DNA from: the human T2T-CHM13v2.0 reference genome, Homo sapiens
Reading direction: 5' to 3' (one strand)
Assembly (NCBI RefSeq): GCF_009914755.1
Contig: NC_060930.1
Length of the DNA stretch: 64,000 bases
Made by a program: the position numbers and the translations under genes. The notes beneath the pieces were generated by a model. That model was not told where the DNA came from and made no database searches. It saw only the letters and a program-made list of their open reading frames with translations. Positions 19,311-43,410 of the stretch are shown one piece after another (the first letter of the stretch is position 1; each line of letters begins with the position of its first letter).

Positions 19311-21098
19311 TGAGCCACCACACCCGGCCTTTTTCCTTTTTTTCTTTTCTTTTCTTTTTTTTTTTTTTTGGAGACAAGAGTCTAGCTCTGTTACCCAGGC
19401 TGGAGTGCATGGCACAATCTCGGCTCACTGCAACCTCTGCTTCCCGGGTTCAGGTGATTCTTGTGCCTCAACCTCCCGAGTAGCTGGGATTACCGGCATA
19501 TGCCACCATGTGTGGCTAATTTTTGTACTTTTAGTAGACACGGGGTTTCATCATGTTGCACAGGCTGGTCTTGAGCCCCTGACCTCAAGTGATCCACCCA
19601 CCTCGGCCTCCCAAAGTGCTGGGATTACATGTGTGAGCCCCTGTACCCAGCCAGAAATACCCTAAAATTAACACTACACAGATTCTTTAAAATCTCAACA
19701 AATTACTTCAGTTCTACACTCTGGTTTGATATCTGGTCAGTGAAGAACATCAGGAGGTCTGGACTTACTCATTCTTGAGGCTTAAATAAAACTGACACTG
19801 GATCACTAATAATAATCACATATTTCTACTTAGTATTAGATAAGACCAAATGAGGAATTTCTCCAGTTAAGAAAACATAGATGAGAAAATCTAAGAGGAG
19901 TTGCAGAACATAGAAATTCTCAGTAAAATGTATGAAAGACTTTGTTTGATTTGGGAAGAAAAAAGCTTACCATTATTACCTATTAAATTAGGTGTTTATG
20001 GTTTTAATTAATCCACCTAACTAGTATTCATGAAGAAAAGAAACAACTGAAAATGTTTTGTAAAAAGAAATGCCGGTTTCTTCAGATTTGATTTCAAACT
20101 GCTATGAATTATCTAAAACATTGTTTTTTAATGAAAAAGTAGACAACTGTCAATACCTACTAGGTACCTAGGATCACATACAGAGAGAATACAAAGAGAG
20201 CTGCTGCTCCTAGAGAAGGTCACAACCAAAGCTGCCATTGAAGGCAAAACACAGACTGAAGGAATAGAGCAGATGCACTTGCCCTATTGAGTGCTTATGA
20301 TCTAACAGTGGTATTAACAGGAGACCATCAGGTGGCATTCTGCAGCACTGTGTGATGGACACTAGATTCAGGGGGTTTAATTATTTTTAAACCAATCTGT
20401 AGAAGCTACTATATTGTTTCTATGAAACTGCTCAAAATTATCATATTTTATGTTTACACAGGAAACAATTCCCAAATGAATTTTATTCTTTCTTCTATCT
20501 CTGGGCTTTGGACACGTATGGCCTTGCAGTAAGCCCTTTGTTTCAACTATAAACTAGTGTTCTTTATGATGGAACAGGGAAAGAGTTGCATAGCAATGCT
20601 AGGAATAACAGATATTTTAAAGGTACCTAGACAAGACACAAAATAAAAAAAATGAAAATTTGTATTACAACTTGGTCTCAAAATTTACTAGCCCAATACT
20701 TATTATTTCAAACCTCCATCATATATTATCTCTTCATTATCAATTATCTCATATCATCAAAACTGTTTATTTATCAAGGTCCTGCAATGTGTCCCTCCAG
20801 AACATCAAAAAGGTTGCAAACTCAGGCCAGGCAATCATGGCTCATGCTTGTAATCCCAACACTCTGGGAGGCTAAGGATGGCTTGAGCCCAGGAGTTTGA
20901 GGCGGCAGTGAGCGAGCCATGATCACATCACTGCACTCCAGCCTGGGTGACACAGTGAGACCTTGTCTGCATAAAAAAAAAAAAAAAAAAAGGTTTTAAA
21001 CCTTGTTTCTCACAATCCAACTTAGTTTACTTCTGAGGTAACTCTTGTCAATCACTTTTTAAAAAATTTTCTAGGAACAATAAAGCCTGAAAGTCTTA

Positions 21099-21269
<171 letters not shown>

Positions 21270-21347
21270 CTATACTAAAAATACAAAAATTAGGCCAAGC
21301 ACAGTGGCTCACACACTCTGGGAAGCTGAGGCGGGCAGATCACCTCA

Positions 21348-21767
<420 letters not shown>

Positions 21768-21807
21768 CTACAAGGATATATTAATTCTGAAAGGCTGAAA
21801 GTACTAG

Positions 21808-21942
<135 letters not shown>

Positions 21943-22704
21943 TAGAACTACAGGTGCACACCACCACACGTGGCTTACTGTTCTTTAATGAAAAATAATG
22001 GCAATTTGATAAGCAACCAAAAACAAACATTCTAACCCTCTTAAATATCTAACATTCTCTTCTGTCTTTTGATTAATTTGGTCTTTCAAAAAAAGCAAAA
22101 CCACCAATGCTGTATTTTTAAAATTTTGTTTATTTTTATATAACCCTCACTGCTTCTGGAACCACTGAAACTTTTAGAAGGCTTTTCTATCTTAAGAATC
22201 CAAAGAATGCAAAGCACTGCTGTCTGCTCATTTTGGGGTATAATCTTAGTGTTAATCACAATGTATCATTTATTAATAATGTAAATAAAACCATACATCA
22301 TCTTGTTCCTGCAGAACGTGATACATACCAACAATAAACCATAGCTAGGGCAGAACCAGTAGGATAAAACCCAGAGGACTACTACTAAACAAGTGGCTAA
22401 ATCAAAACTCATAACCATTTGCTTTATAATTACAACCCCAGTAGCTATGATTTCAAGAAGTGACTGTATTTGAAATAACTGTCTCCACAGGTTTCACCTG
22501 CCTAAAGATATTCTGAACAGATTTACGTTTGAATTCCCCATGATCCTAACACGGGACACTGTGCAGACACTTGTTTACTCCAGTGAACAGCAGCTAGCCA
22601 CCACCAAGCATAAAAAATTTGACTATTCCACATACAGAACTGCATATTTAAGGTCAAATTATATATCCCATGTAAATTATCACTTACACCCTCATGAAGA
22701 ACAG

Positions 22705-27750
<5,046 letters not shown>

Positions 27751-27756
27751 TTTTTA

Positions 27757-28380
<624 letters not shown>

Positions 28381-28735
28381 AACAATCAACTCCTTGGATT
28401 GGGCCTAATTTTTTTTTTTTTTTTTTTTTTTAAGATACAGAGTCTCAGTGTTGCTCAGGCTGGCCTCAAATTCCTGGGCTAAAGCAATCCTCCCAACTCA
28501 ACCTCCCAAGTATCATTTTTTTTCTTGGATTTCAATAGAAGTTTGTGTTATTGACTTGTAGGCATAAGTGGGTTAATGGCAGGGACTTTGAAAAGCCCTT
28601 TCACTGTCATTCCATTATGATAGTCTATAATAAGGCTGCTACTATTCTTGTCTCCTTTCAGCATTATAAGTGTTTTACAATACGAGAAAGGAATGCCACA
28701 ACCATGACACAATTTTTTCAAACAAAATTCTTTAC

Positions 28736-28866
28736 CTCATTTCTCGTTCTTCATGTTGAGCGATAAGGTTGCTATAAAAATTCTCCAGTGTCACTTTGGT
28801 CATTGTCACCCTTTCCTTTGTGTGGTTACTCATGGATGAGCAAGGTGTTGAGCCTGTCATTGCCAT
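28736..28866 (-). CDS. STK38: STK38/NDR1 coding exon 2 (codons 1-44, MAMTGSTPCSS...EEREMR); exon begins at 28871 with a 5-nt UTR
   Basis: Manual translation matches the NDR1 N-terminus. Kozak GCCATGG, acceptor TTTGTTTCTAG, donor AG|GTAAAG; 131 nt. Confidence 0.97.
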
Positions 28867-29309
28867 GGCTGCTAGAAACAAAGAAAAGAAGAGGTGTTAG
28901 ATTTGGAGTTAGAATCCACCCAGTGTGCACTCTCCTACCCTATTGGTAGGAATGTAAATTGGTGCAAGTTTTCTGGAGGACAAACAGGTAATATGTAACA
29001 AAAGCCAGAGAAAGAGAATACTTAGTGAAAATAAATATAAATTACTGTCCTATGACCCAGAAATCCCACCCCTAGGTATAAAGACTAAAGAAACCGTCAC
29101 ACAGGCTTCTAAAGTGACATACACAGGATGTTCAGCACAGAGAGGATGTTCATCATGCCTTAATTTGTGTTATGGGAAGTTGGAGGCACTTAAGTAAGAA
29201 AATAAAGAGCTGTGGCTGCATAGGAAATACCATGCAACAACCAGAAAACCAGAAGCAACTTTACCTGTACCTGTAAGTCACACAAATATATCTTTTTTTT
29301 TCTTTTTGA

Positions 29310-29767
<458 letters not shown>

Positions 29768-30451
29768 TAACCAGGATGGTCTCAAAACTCCTGACCTCAT
29801 GATCCGCCCATCTCAGCCTCCCAAAGTGCTGAGGATAACAGGCGTGAGCCACCGTGCCCAGCCCACAAATATATCTTTAAAACATATTAGTGCAAGTGCA
29901 TATTGCATTTTTAAAAAGAGAACAAGATCACAATACCATATAGATAAATTAAGAATATATAGTAAACCACACGCCTGTAATCCTGGCTTCCTGGGAGGCC
30001 AAGACAGAGGTCTGCTTGAGTCCCCAAGTTTAAGACTAGCCTGGACAACATAGTGAGACCTAAAAAAAAATATACAGTATGCATACAGTACAATTCTTTG
30101 CCATCTAAAAATCTACCTTGAAGAAATCAAAGACCCATAAAAATTCATCACAAGGAGGTGCAATGCAGCATTGTAATCACAAAGGGAAATTAGGGATAAC
30201 TTGAATATACACAATAGAATTAATTCAGTATGAAAAAGCCCTTCAATAAAATAATGTGCAGACAATTAAAATATGTCCAAATAGTTAATGTCAGAGGAAA
30301 TGTTTCCACTCTAAGTCAACAGAACACATTACAAAGCAGAATGTATATCACGATCTCAATTTTCTTTATGTGTTTACTGTATATGCACATAATTATTAGA
30401 AACATATCATCAAAATGTTATTAGTGGCTTACCTGTAGGTAGTGGGAATAG

Positions 30452-30850
<399 letters not shown>

Positions 30851-31389
30851 TAAGTTTATCCACAGTTAAAAGAAAAATCTATGATTAAAAATGGTAATCT
30901 GATACATATATGCTCTGACACAGCCTTAAGGTATTTGATAAATGTTTGCCGTTTATTTGAATTTACAAGTTAAAATAAAGTTTTAAGTCTTAAAATAAAG
31001 GGAACAATATGACAAAAAACCTGAATCACGATTCTAGTGGTAGAAGCAGCAATACCTTAAAAACAAGAGATCTTAATTTCCTCATTTTACACAAGAAAAA
31101 AACACCACCAATGTGTTTAGATAAGTTATAGAATATTTTTTTCCTAAATTTAAAATATTGTTTTCAACCAGGAGTGTGGCACACACCAGTAGTCCTAGCT
31201 ACTCCAAAGGCTGAGGCAGAATTGCTTGAATTGGGAAGCAGAGGTTGCAGTGAGCCGAGATAGCGCCACTGCACTCCAGACTGGGCTACACAGCGAGACT
31301 CAGTCTCAAAAATAAATAATAAAATCGGCTGAGCGCGGTGGCTCACGCCTGTAATCCCAGCACTTTGGGAGGCCAAGGCAGGCGAATCA

Positions 31390-31659
<270 letters not shown>

Positions 31660-31704
31660 CTAACCTGTATTATCACACTTGGCCAAATTGTTCACTAACA
31701 TTGA

Positions 31705-31965
<261 letters not shown>

Positions 31966-32210
31966 TGATCTGCCCATCTCAGCCTCCCAAAGTGCTGGGA
32001 TTACAGGCGTGAGCCACCATGCCCGGCCAATAGTGCTCAATATTTTATTCTTACCATTCCTACCTCTCATATGATCTACTTCTCTGTCTCTTCATCCCAA
32101 TATAAAGCTGAGTAAAAATTAGGAGAGGCTGAACACTGTGGTTCATGCCTGTAATCCCATCACTTTGGGAGGGTGAGGTAGAGAGATCATTTGAGCCCAG
32201 GAGTTCATGA

Positions 32211-32510
<300 letters not shown>

Positions 32511-33298
32511 TAGTCTTGAACTCCTGACCTCAGATGATCTGACTGCCTGGGCCTCCCAAAGTGCTGGGATTAGAGGCATAAGCCACCGCACCCAGCCAAG
32601 GACCATTTTCAAAGATAGTGCATTTTAAGAAAAGTTTTCAGGTTTTCCCCCTTAATATTTAGTAGCTTTTTAAATTGTTTTGTGGATTAAACTAAGGCTT
32701 ATAAAACACTTGTTCAAAAAAGCCTTAAAATTATTTAAAAAGCAATTATTTAAAAAGATACGCAGACAAAAATCACATAAATAATTCCTTCAGAGCAGAG
32801 ATTCAAAACTAAGACTCTACTTGAGAGTCAAACATTTTGATTCATCATGTGCCAAAAAGATCAGTAAAAACAAATTTAAGACACTGCATTAAGAGCTACC
32901 TTACTATAAAATATCACATTATTTTTTATGGGGAAGTTTCGACTAATACCAAAGCAAACTCAAATGTTTTAGAGTATCACTAAAGGAATTAAAAAAAACA
33001 AAAACAACAAAAAAAAAACCTCTGTTTGGTTTGTGAAGCTTGGGTGTGGTTCCTTATTTGTCAGCCTGTACCCCCCCCTCCACCCACAATGAAAACCACA
33101 TGCACTCTAAGTGTGTTTGGTGAAGAAATTTAAAAACCAGATGTAAAAACATGTCAAAAGCAAGTGAGAGTTTTGTACTTCCTTGTCTGAAAATTCCTGA
33201 AGAAATTGCATATATGTAGTTACATTTTAACAACTGAAATTACTTCAACATAAAAATGTAACAATTTGCCAGGGCACTGGTGCACCCCTGTAATCTCA

Positions 33299-33574
<276 letters not shown>

Positions 33575-33643
33575 CTAGTATTTAACCCTAAGGCAAACAG
33601 TGCCTTCCATATAACAGGCAGTTGAGTAAGTTAATGATTTTTA

Positions 33644-34031
<388 letters not shown>

Positions 34032-35739
34032 TTAAGTAGCTGGCTTGCATTACTACCTAAACTTTTAAAAAGATCAAAAGGACATTAAATGAACTCAAAG
34101 ATGCTCAAATATTAGACCAACAAATTCTTAAGCAGAGTGTTTTTCAACTTTTAGAGTTTCTAATATAATGATAAAGACTGCACTCTCCTTCCCTTTGACC
34201 TTTCTTTAAACCCTCCTCCACTTCCTCTATTGTAATATAAAAAATTTAGCCTAATTCTAATATCCTTTAATCAAAAGATGTAATTAATATTGCCCTATAG
34301 CAATTCATAGATTTACTGGGTCAACCAACTTTTCTTAAGACAGGACTATCCATCAGGCTTTCCACAATTCAAGCCTTCCTGCCCTGACCTAGAAGCCATT
34401 GGAGGCCTTTGCCCCATTTGTTTCATTCTTCAACTCTGAAGAATTAGGAAATAATAGGTGGCTGAGGAATTCTTCAAAGTTTTAAAAAATTAACAAAAGG
34501 AACTGATCCTCATAAAAGTCAGGTGTAAGGCCTGCAAACTCAAAAGGAAGTCAAATGAAAACCATTATGTGATTCAATCTATATGGTTATGCCTGGCTAA
34601 CTGACTGACTTTACAATGGTACTCTGTGATCACTATAAACAACCCTCTCTCAACAATATGGACTTTATTTCTTTGCGACTGACAATCCATTATCTTTCAT
34701 TTGGACGATTCAACATTGGAGCTAAGATTATTGCTTAAGTCGCATGTCTAATCTCTCCCACTGAACTGTAAATCCTACTAAACTGTAATCTCTACCTACA
34801 CTAGAAAGCAAGCACCATGTCTTATACTTGTTTTAATATTCTTCCCCCATTTCATGCACAGTGCTATGCACTTAGCACCTTAAGAAAGATTAACTAGGAA
34901 ATATACTCATTTTTGATGTCCATTCCTAGGAGTTTATGTGTGATGGGGGATAGGGCTGGGACATGAAATGGTTTGCTATAGCGTTCTCTCCTCTTAGGAG
35001 GAAGCTGGTATCTAACGTTTAGGGTGGGGAGGAGAGCCTGTTATCGAGGTGGTGGTTGTTTTATGTTTAGGGAAACCAAATATATTGCCTGGCTAATTCA
35101 GAGGCAGGGTGAGCTCAAAGGGTGGAGACACTCAGGGTCTACTTCACTCCAACCCTCCTCGGTGCATTTCAAACAGAACAAGTTTCTCTCCGAGTCTTTT
35201 AGTCGTTTCAGAATGAACTGAGAGATCTGGTCTCTCTGCCGGCCGTTCTGCCCGCTTTCTGACACAGACTTTCCTCTAAGCCCTTACCGACTTTTTCCTC
35301 TGGCTGTTGCTTTTCCACTCTCTTCTTAAGAATTTTCCCTGCCTTTTCCTGTGATTTGAAGCTTATCTGAAGCCCAGTATCCTAAGACTAACGGAGAAAG
35401 GAGCCGACTCAAAGATACCACACCCCAAGGGGGGCTTTCGACATCTCTGCCTCAGACCACAGTTCACAGACCCCAGAAGAAGGAAAAGGAGATAAAAACC
35501 GGTGATGACCGAGATCCCTGAGGGACTGACTGGTGGCAGGGAGCAGACAAAGGTGGCAACATGGAAAGGAAAGCCTGGCTCCCGCTCCAACTGCAAAAGG
35601 AGAAAGATAAAGGATGGGGTGGAAAGGCTGGGACTGGAAAAATGTGGAGAGGGCCAACAAGGGGCATCTGGAGACGGGGGAAGAAGGGGGTTAAGGAGAG
35701 GGGCGGAGAGAGGCCAAGAGGCTGAGAGGTTAGGGCTTG

Positions 35740-36290
35740 AAAGAGGGCGCCGGCGAGCAGGAGAAAGCCCAAGAAGGAGTCGGAGGTTGGGGAAGGAGGA
35801 GATAAAGGAAAAACCCCGGGATGGAGTGAAGACGGCGGCAGCAAGCAACTCACCAGAGCCCAGGGAGAGGCAGGGCTGGGGACGGCGGAGAGCCGCAGAC
35901 GCCCCTTCGGCCAGTAGTCTCGACTTGAAGGCTGGCGAAGCCCCGGCGGCGGCAGCCAACGAGCCAAAGACGGGAGGGGACGCGTGAGGGACTCTGAGAC
36001 AGGGGGCAACAGGCGGTTACGGGTGAGGACAACAGGAAGCGTTCCAACTGCCGGAAAAGACGCGAGCGCTGAGGGGCCAAGGCAGCCCGGTCCCCCGCCG
36101 CGGAGACGGGCTGGCGCGGCAGCCCGGGGCCGAGACTACGCATGCGCGACTTCCCGGAGCGGCCGGGATTGCGGAACTGCGCTTGCGTGGCCCCGCCCTG
36201 CCCCTCCCTTCACCCCCTGCCTAGGGCTGGCTGGACCTGGGTGAGGCCAGATGTGTGAGTGTGAGGCGGTCTCGAAGTAGGCTGGGCTGA
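35740..36290. promoter_or_regulatory. STK38: CpG-island, TATA-less promoter of STK38
   Basis: High CpG/GC density. NRF1-like ACGCATGCGCG (~36138-36148), ETS-like CCGGAA/GCGGAA (36051, 36171), Sp1 GC box CCCCGCCC (36191-36198). Confidence 0.85.
35854..36143 (-). other. STK38: STK38 non-coding exon 1 (5' UTR); 3' end exact, TSS approximate
   Basis: Consensus donor CTG|GTGAGT at 35854/35853 inside the only CpG island, upstream of the ATG-bearing exon. TSS inferred near the NRF1/ETS/GC-box cluster at ~36140. Confidence 0.75.
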
Positions 36291-36304
36291 GGGGGAAGTT
36301 CCAT

Positions 36305-36630
36305 TGTTTTCTTTTGTTTTACTTTTTACTTCGAAATAATTATGGACTCACAAGAAGTTGCAAAATTAATACATACAGGTTCCCTATACCATCACCCACC
36401 CAGCTTACCTCAACATTTTTCTTAAGATACAACATTCTCAAAGCCAGGAAATTGACATTCGCACAATACAATTAACTAAACCAATACAATTAACTAAACC
36501 AATACAATTAACTTCATTACAGACCACACTCGGATTTAACCTGTTGGGTATGCAGTCATGTGCGTGTGTGTGAGTGTGTGTGTAGTTCTATGAAATGTTG
36601 TCACCTGTATAGTTCCCACCCACCCCCCTA
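36305..36630 (-). mobile_element. L1M 3' end fragment just upstream of the promoter
   Basis: GACTCACAAGAAGTTGCAAAATTAATACA...CCCATTT-like/AGCCAGGAAATTGACATT...ACAATAC pattern typical of old L1M 3' UTRs. Confidence 0.6.
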
Positions 36631-37562
36631 CCCCGTGTAGAACAGGTCTGCTGGAGCCCTTGGCCCCCCTCCTCTTCCTTAAAGTAAGGACCTTACCTGG
36701 GATAAGGTGAGCTCTCATAGGTTTGGGAGGTTACCCAGCGGGCGACCCAGTGTGGACAGAAGAAGGTGCTTTTCAAGGCCACCCAACTCTTATTCTGTAC
36801 TACTTTTGGGGGTAAAGAGGTCCCAAGTTTAATAGCCTTTGGGCACTTGTCGTTTCTTGAGAATGGAGCACAAAGCCCTCAACTACAAAGTGTCAAGCTC
36901 CTGGAAACTAAGATGAACGAGACATGGTCCCTGACTGCCTGCAAAGGGGCCATCTAGGGAGAGAAGGAAGCATGTGCTGCGAGTTATTCATTCATTTCAT
37001 CTTCAAAGCCCAGTTTCCTTTTGTCTAGCCTCTTAACAAAAATCACTTCTCGCCAGGCGCGGTGGCTCCTGCCTGTAATTCCAGCACTTTGGGAGGTCCA
37101 GGTGGGAGGATAGCTTGAGCCTAGGAGTTTGAGACCAGTCTGGGCAACATAAGGAGAATCCACCTCTAAAAAAATTTTTGTAATTGGCCAGCATGGTGGC
37201 AAGTGCCTGTGGTCCCACCTACTGTGGAGGCTGAAGCAGGAGGATTGATTGAGTCCAGGAGTTCAGGGCTGCTATGAGCCATGATCATGACACTGCACCC
37301 CAGCCTGGGCAACGGAGGGAGACCCTGTCTCAATCAGTCACTACATACATATCAATCAATCACTTCGCCTTTCATTCTCTCTGCCCAGAGGCCCTTCTCC
37401 CCAAATGCCTGTTGTCAAAGTCCTACCCATTCTTAAGCTTTTAATAATAGTCCAAGATGTCTGCATAATGCTTTACAGTTTACAAACAACTTTCACTTAT
37501 TTAATCTCACTTGGTCCTCACTTTGGCAGTGACACACGAGGTTTTGCAGATGAAGTAATTGA

Positions 37563-38257
<695 letters not shown>

Positions 38258-38801
38258 TAGCCAGGATGGTCTCGATCTCCTGACTTTGTGATCTGCCCGC
38301 CTCGGCCTCCCAAAGTGCTGGGATTACCGGCGTGAGCCACCGCGCCCGGCCTTTTTTTTTTGTATTTTTACTAGAGATGGGGTTTCACCATGTTGGCCAG
38401 GATGCTGTCTATCTCTTGACCTCGTGATCTGCCCACCTCCGCCTCCCAAAGTGCTGGGATTACAGGCGTGAGCCACCGCACCCGGCCCTTTCCTCCTATA
38501 TTAATTTATCTGTACCACAACTCAAATAAGCACTAAAGTTTTCCTCAAAACAGCCCAGCCAAATTATGCTGCTCTTTCTGCAGGAACCCAAAAGGTGACA
38601 TTTTACCAAGATTCCAATAACTATAATGGACGTTTGTCATTCTTTTTGGCCACTTGAGCATCTGAATCCCTTTCCTATCACCAAAACTGAAATCACTTAT
38701 ACCCATCCCAGACTGTGAGTTGGAAATTAGAAAGATCTGACCTGCATAATTTTGATGTTGTCACATCCCCGTGTTTGTTTGTTTGTTTGTTTGTTTTTTG
38801 A

Positions 38802-39075
<274 letters not shown>

Positions 39076-39079
39076 TGAG

Positions 39080-39235
39080 TCGAGCTTTATTTTAAATTTC
39101 GATGTTTTATTCATCGTGGATTTTTTGCATTAATTTTGATTTTTGAAAAACCTTGCATTAAAATGGTCTTTATCTTGATTACTGAGTTTTTTGTGCCCAA
39201 GGTGAGTGTCTTGCTCACTTGCTCAACTCACCCGT
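39080..39235. mobile_element. MER96B-like hAT fragment
   Basis: TTCATCGTGGATTTTTTGCATTAATTTTGATTTTT...TTGCATTAAAAT...TTTATCTTGATTACTGAGTTTTT resembles the MER96B core. Confidence 0.6.
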
Positions 39236-39456
39236 TCTTTGTTCCAAGGGAATCACCTGCCTCTCCTTTATCAAGCTGACCTATGATTGCTTCACCAGCC
39301 AAAACTGAGCCACTTGGAAAGAACCACAACTCTTTTTAAAAACAGGCATCTTACCCCTTAGCAGTGTGTGCCCCACCTATTGGGGCAGTGGCATCAATTG
39401 CCTCTGAATATTCCTTTCATAAGAAGACAGGAACTATGCTTGGGTGCCTGCTAGCC

Positions 39457-39616
39457 CAGTGCTTCTCAAACTGTAACATGCACATAAATCTCCTGGGATT
39501 TGGTTAAAGAGCAGATCTGGCTAAAGTCTGGGGCAGAGCTGAGATACTGCATTTCAAACAAGCCCCCAGATGATGCTATCACTGCTGGTCCATGTACTAC
39601 ACTTAGAGTAGCAAGG
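39457..39616. mobile_element. MER5A-like hAT-Charlie MITE
   Basis: CAGTGCTTCTCAAAC...CTGCATTT.AAACAAGC.CCCAG.TGATGCT...CTGCTGGTCC...CACTT.GAGTAGCAAGG. Confidence 0.75.
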
Positions 39617-39688
39617 AACTTGAACATATATCCAAGTAAAAAGTAAGAAGGAGAAAGTGCCCATAATCCAGCAGCCGTAGGTCCCAAC

Positions 39689-39844
39689 CAAGGCCAAGAC
39701 TAGGGTGAAGCATGTGAGGGCATAACATTTAAGAAGACACTCACTTTCAGGTTCTACTCCTGCATTTGCAGAACCCTGAGAGTGAAGGCAGCCTTACATT
39801 GAGTGTCCTAGGAACCTTGCTTGCCTTAGCCTGGTCCCACCCTG
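39689..39844. mobile_element. MER96 palindromic hAT MITE
   Basis: CA.GGCC..ACTAGGGTGA...CACTCACT.TCAGG / CCTGAGAGTGA...CCTGGTCCCACCCTG, with internal dyad symmetry. Confidence 0.7.
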
Positions 39845-39979
39845 GTAACATAACCACCAAGTAATATTTTGGTGGGTATTCCTCCAGACTATCTTTTTTT
39901 TTTTCTTTCTGAGACAGGGTCTCGCTCTGTCACCTAGGCTATAGTGCAGTGGTGCGATAACAGCTCACTGCAGCCTTGA

Positions 39980-40550
<571 letters not shown>

Positions 40551-41510
40551 TAATTTTTAAATTTTTTGAAGAGATGGGGTCTCCCTATGATGCCCATGCT
40601 AGGCTCCTGGATTCAAGTAATCCTCCCACCTTGGCCTCTGAAAGTGCTGGGATTACAGGCATGAGCCACTGTGTCCAGCTGAGACTACTTTCTAATACAC
40701 ATATAAATGCATGGAATCATAGTATATATGCTTATATTGTATGTAATTATATCTACACATATGCGGTATTATACTGTTATTTGTTCATTTATATCTAAAT
40801 TGTGATGTTTTAAATCTTCAAGCTCTATTTAATCTCACAAATTCATTTAATCTTGTTCCTCTAAAATATACCCAGTGGCTTTCTCTGAGTGGAGGAATTG
40901 TGAGTGGTTATATTTTCTTCTTTATACTTTTCTGTACTTTCCAAATTTTCTACACTGGACCCCATAACCTTTTAATTAAGTTTTTATTTTTATCAAAGTA
41001 ATACATGTACAGACTTGAAAAAGATTAAATGATCTACAAGACTCATAATGATAAACAGCAATTCCTTGCCCCACCCACTCCCACCAGATTCACTCAGCAG
41101 AAGCAGATGCTTTACAAGCTTTTAGTTGTTCTTCTGCCATTTATCTCCTTGTTTTGAAATAACATTGCTATTTCTTAAGTTTTTATTTTTTAATCTTTTT
41201 AATTTCCTCAATTAAGATGAGGATTTAACTCACTTATACCACAACTTCTTCTACCACTGCCATCCCTTTTAAATCAATAGTCAGTGTTTACAATTGTGTC
41301 AGATTATCTTCATGTACCACTTTTTGTTTTCCCTGGAGTTAACAATAGCTTCAGTTTTTTCTCCTACATAATTTCATTTTTAAATAGCTATCACTGACTT
41401 CTCTGCAACCTCTTTGTCAAAACTGAAAAAATGTTCTCAGGTTATGGTCAAACTCACAATTCATTATCAGCTCCATTTTTTTCTCCAGGGTCATCCTCCC
41501 TGGAGCCCTC

Positions 41511-42279
<769 letters not shown>

Positions 42280-42623
42280 CTTTGTCCTCCTAAATAATCC
42301 CTCCCCAATCATGTTTTGTTTTGTTTTGTTTTCTCTTTAGTGTCCCCACCTCCTACTTAATTTCATGGCCCTCCCTTTATTTATCAAACATAACTTTCAG
42401 CAGGTACTCCTAAGTAAATTAAGACAACCCACCATCTGGGCAAGGTGGCTTACACCTGTAATCCTAGCACTTTGGGAGGCCAAGGCGGGAGGATCGCTAG
42501 AGCTCAGGAGTTCGAGACCAGCCTGGGCAACCTGGCGAAAGCCCATCTCTATGAAAAATGCCAAAAAAAAAAAAAAAAAAAAGGATGAGGGTGGTGGCTC
42601 AAGCCTGTAATTCCAGCACTTTA

Positions 42624-43132
<509 letters not shown>

Positions 43133-43179
43133 TCACACCTGTAATCCCAGCACTTTGGAAGACCGAGATGGGTGGATCA

Positions 43180-43410
<231 letters not shown>

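Noticed and set aside
35363-36244. Long overlapping ORFs (161-198 aa) on both strands of the CpG island
   Set aside because: Stop-poor GC-rich sequence, mostly non-ATG starts, crossing the exon 1 donor, with no recognisable domain.
36464-36513. Short direct repeats as a CRISPR-like array (also 7552-7600)
   Set aside because: Head-to-tail repeats with no spacers, in eukaryotic DNA.
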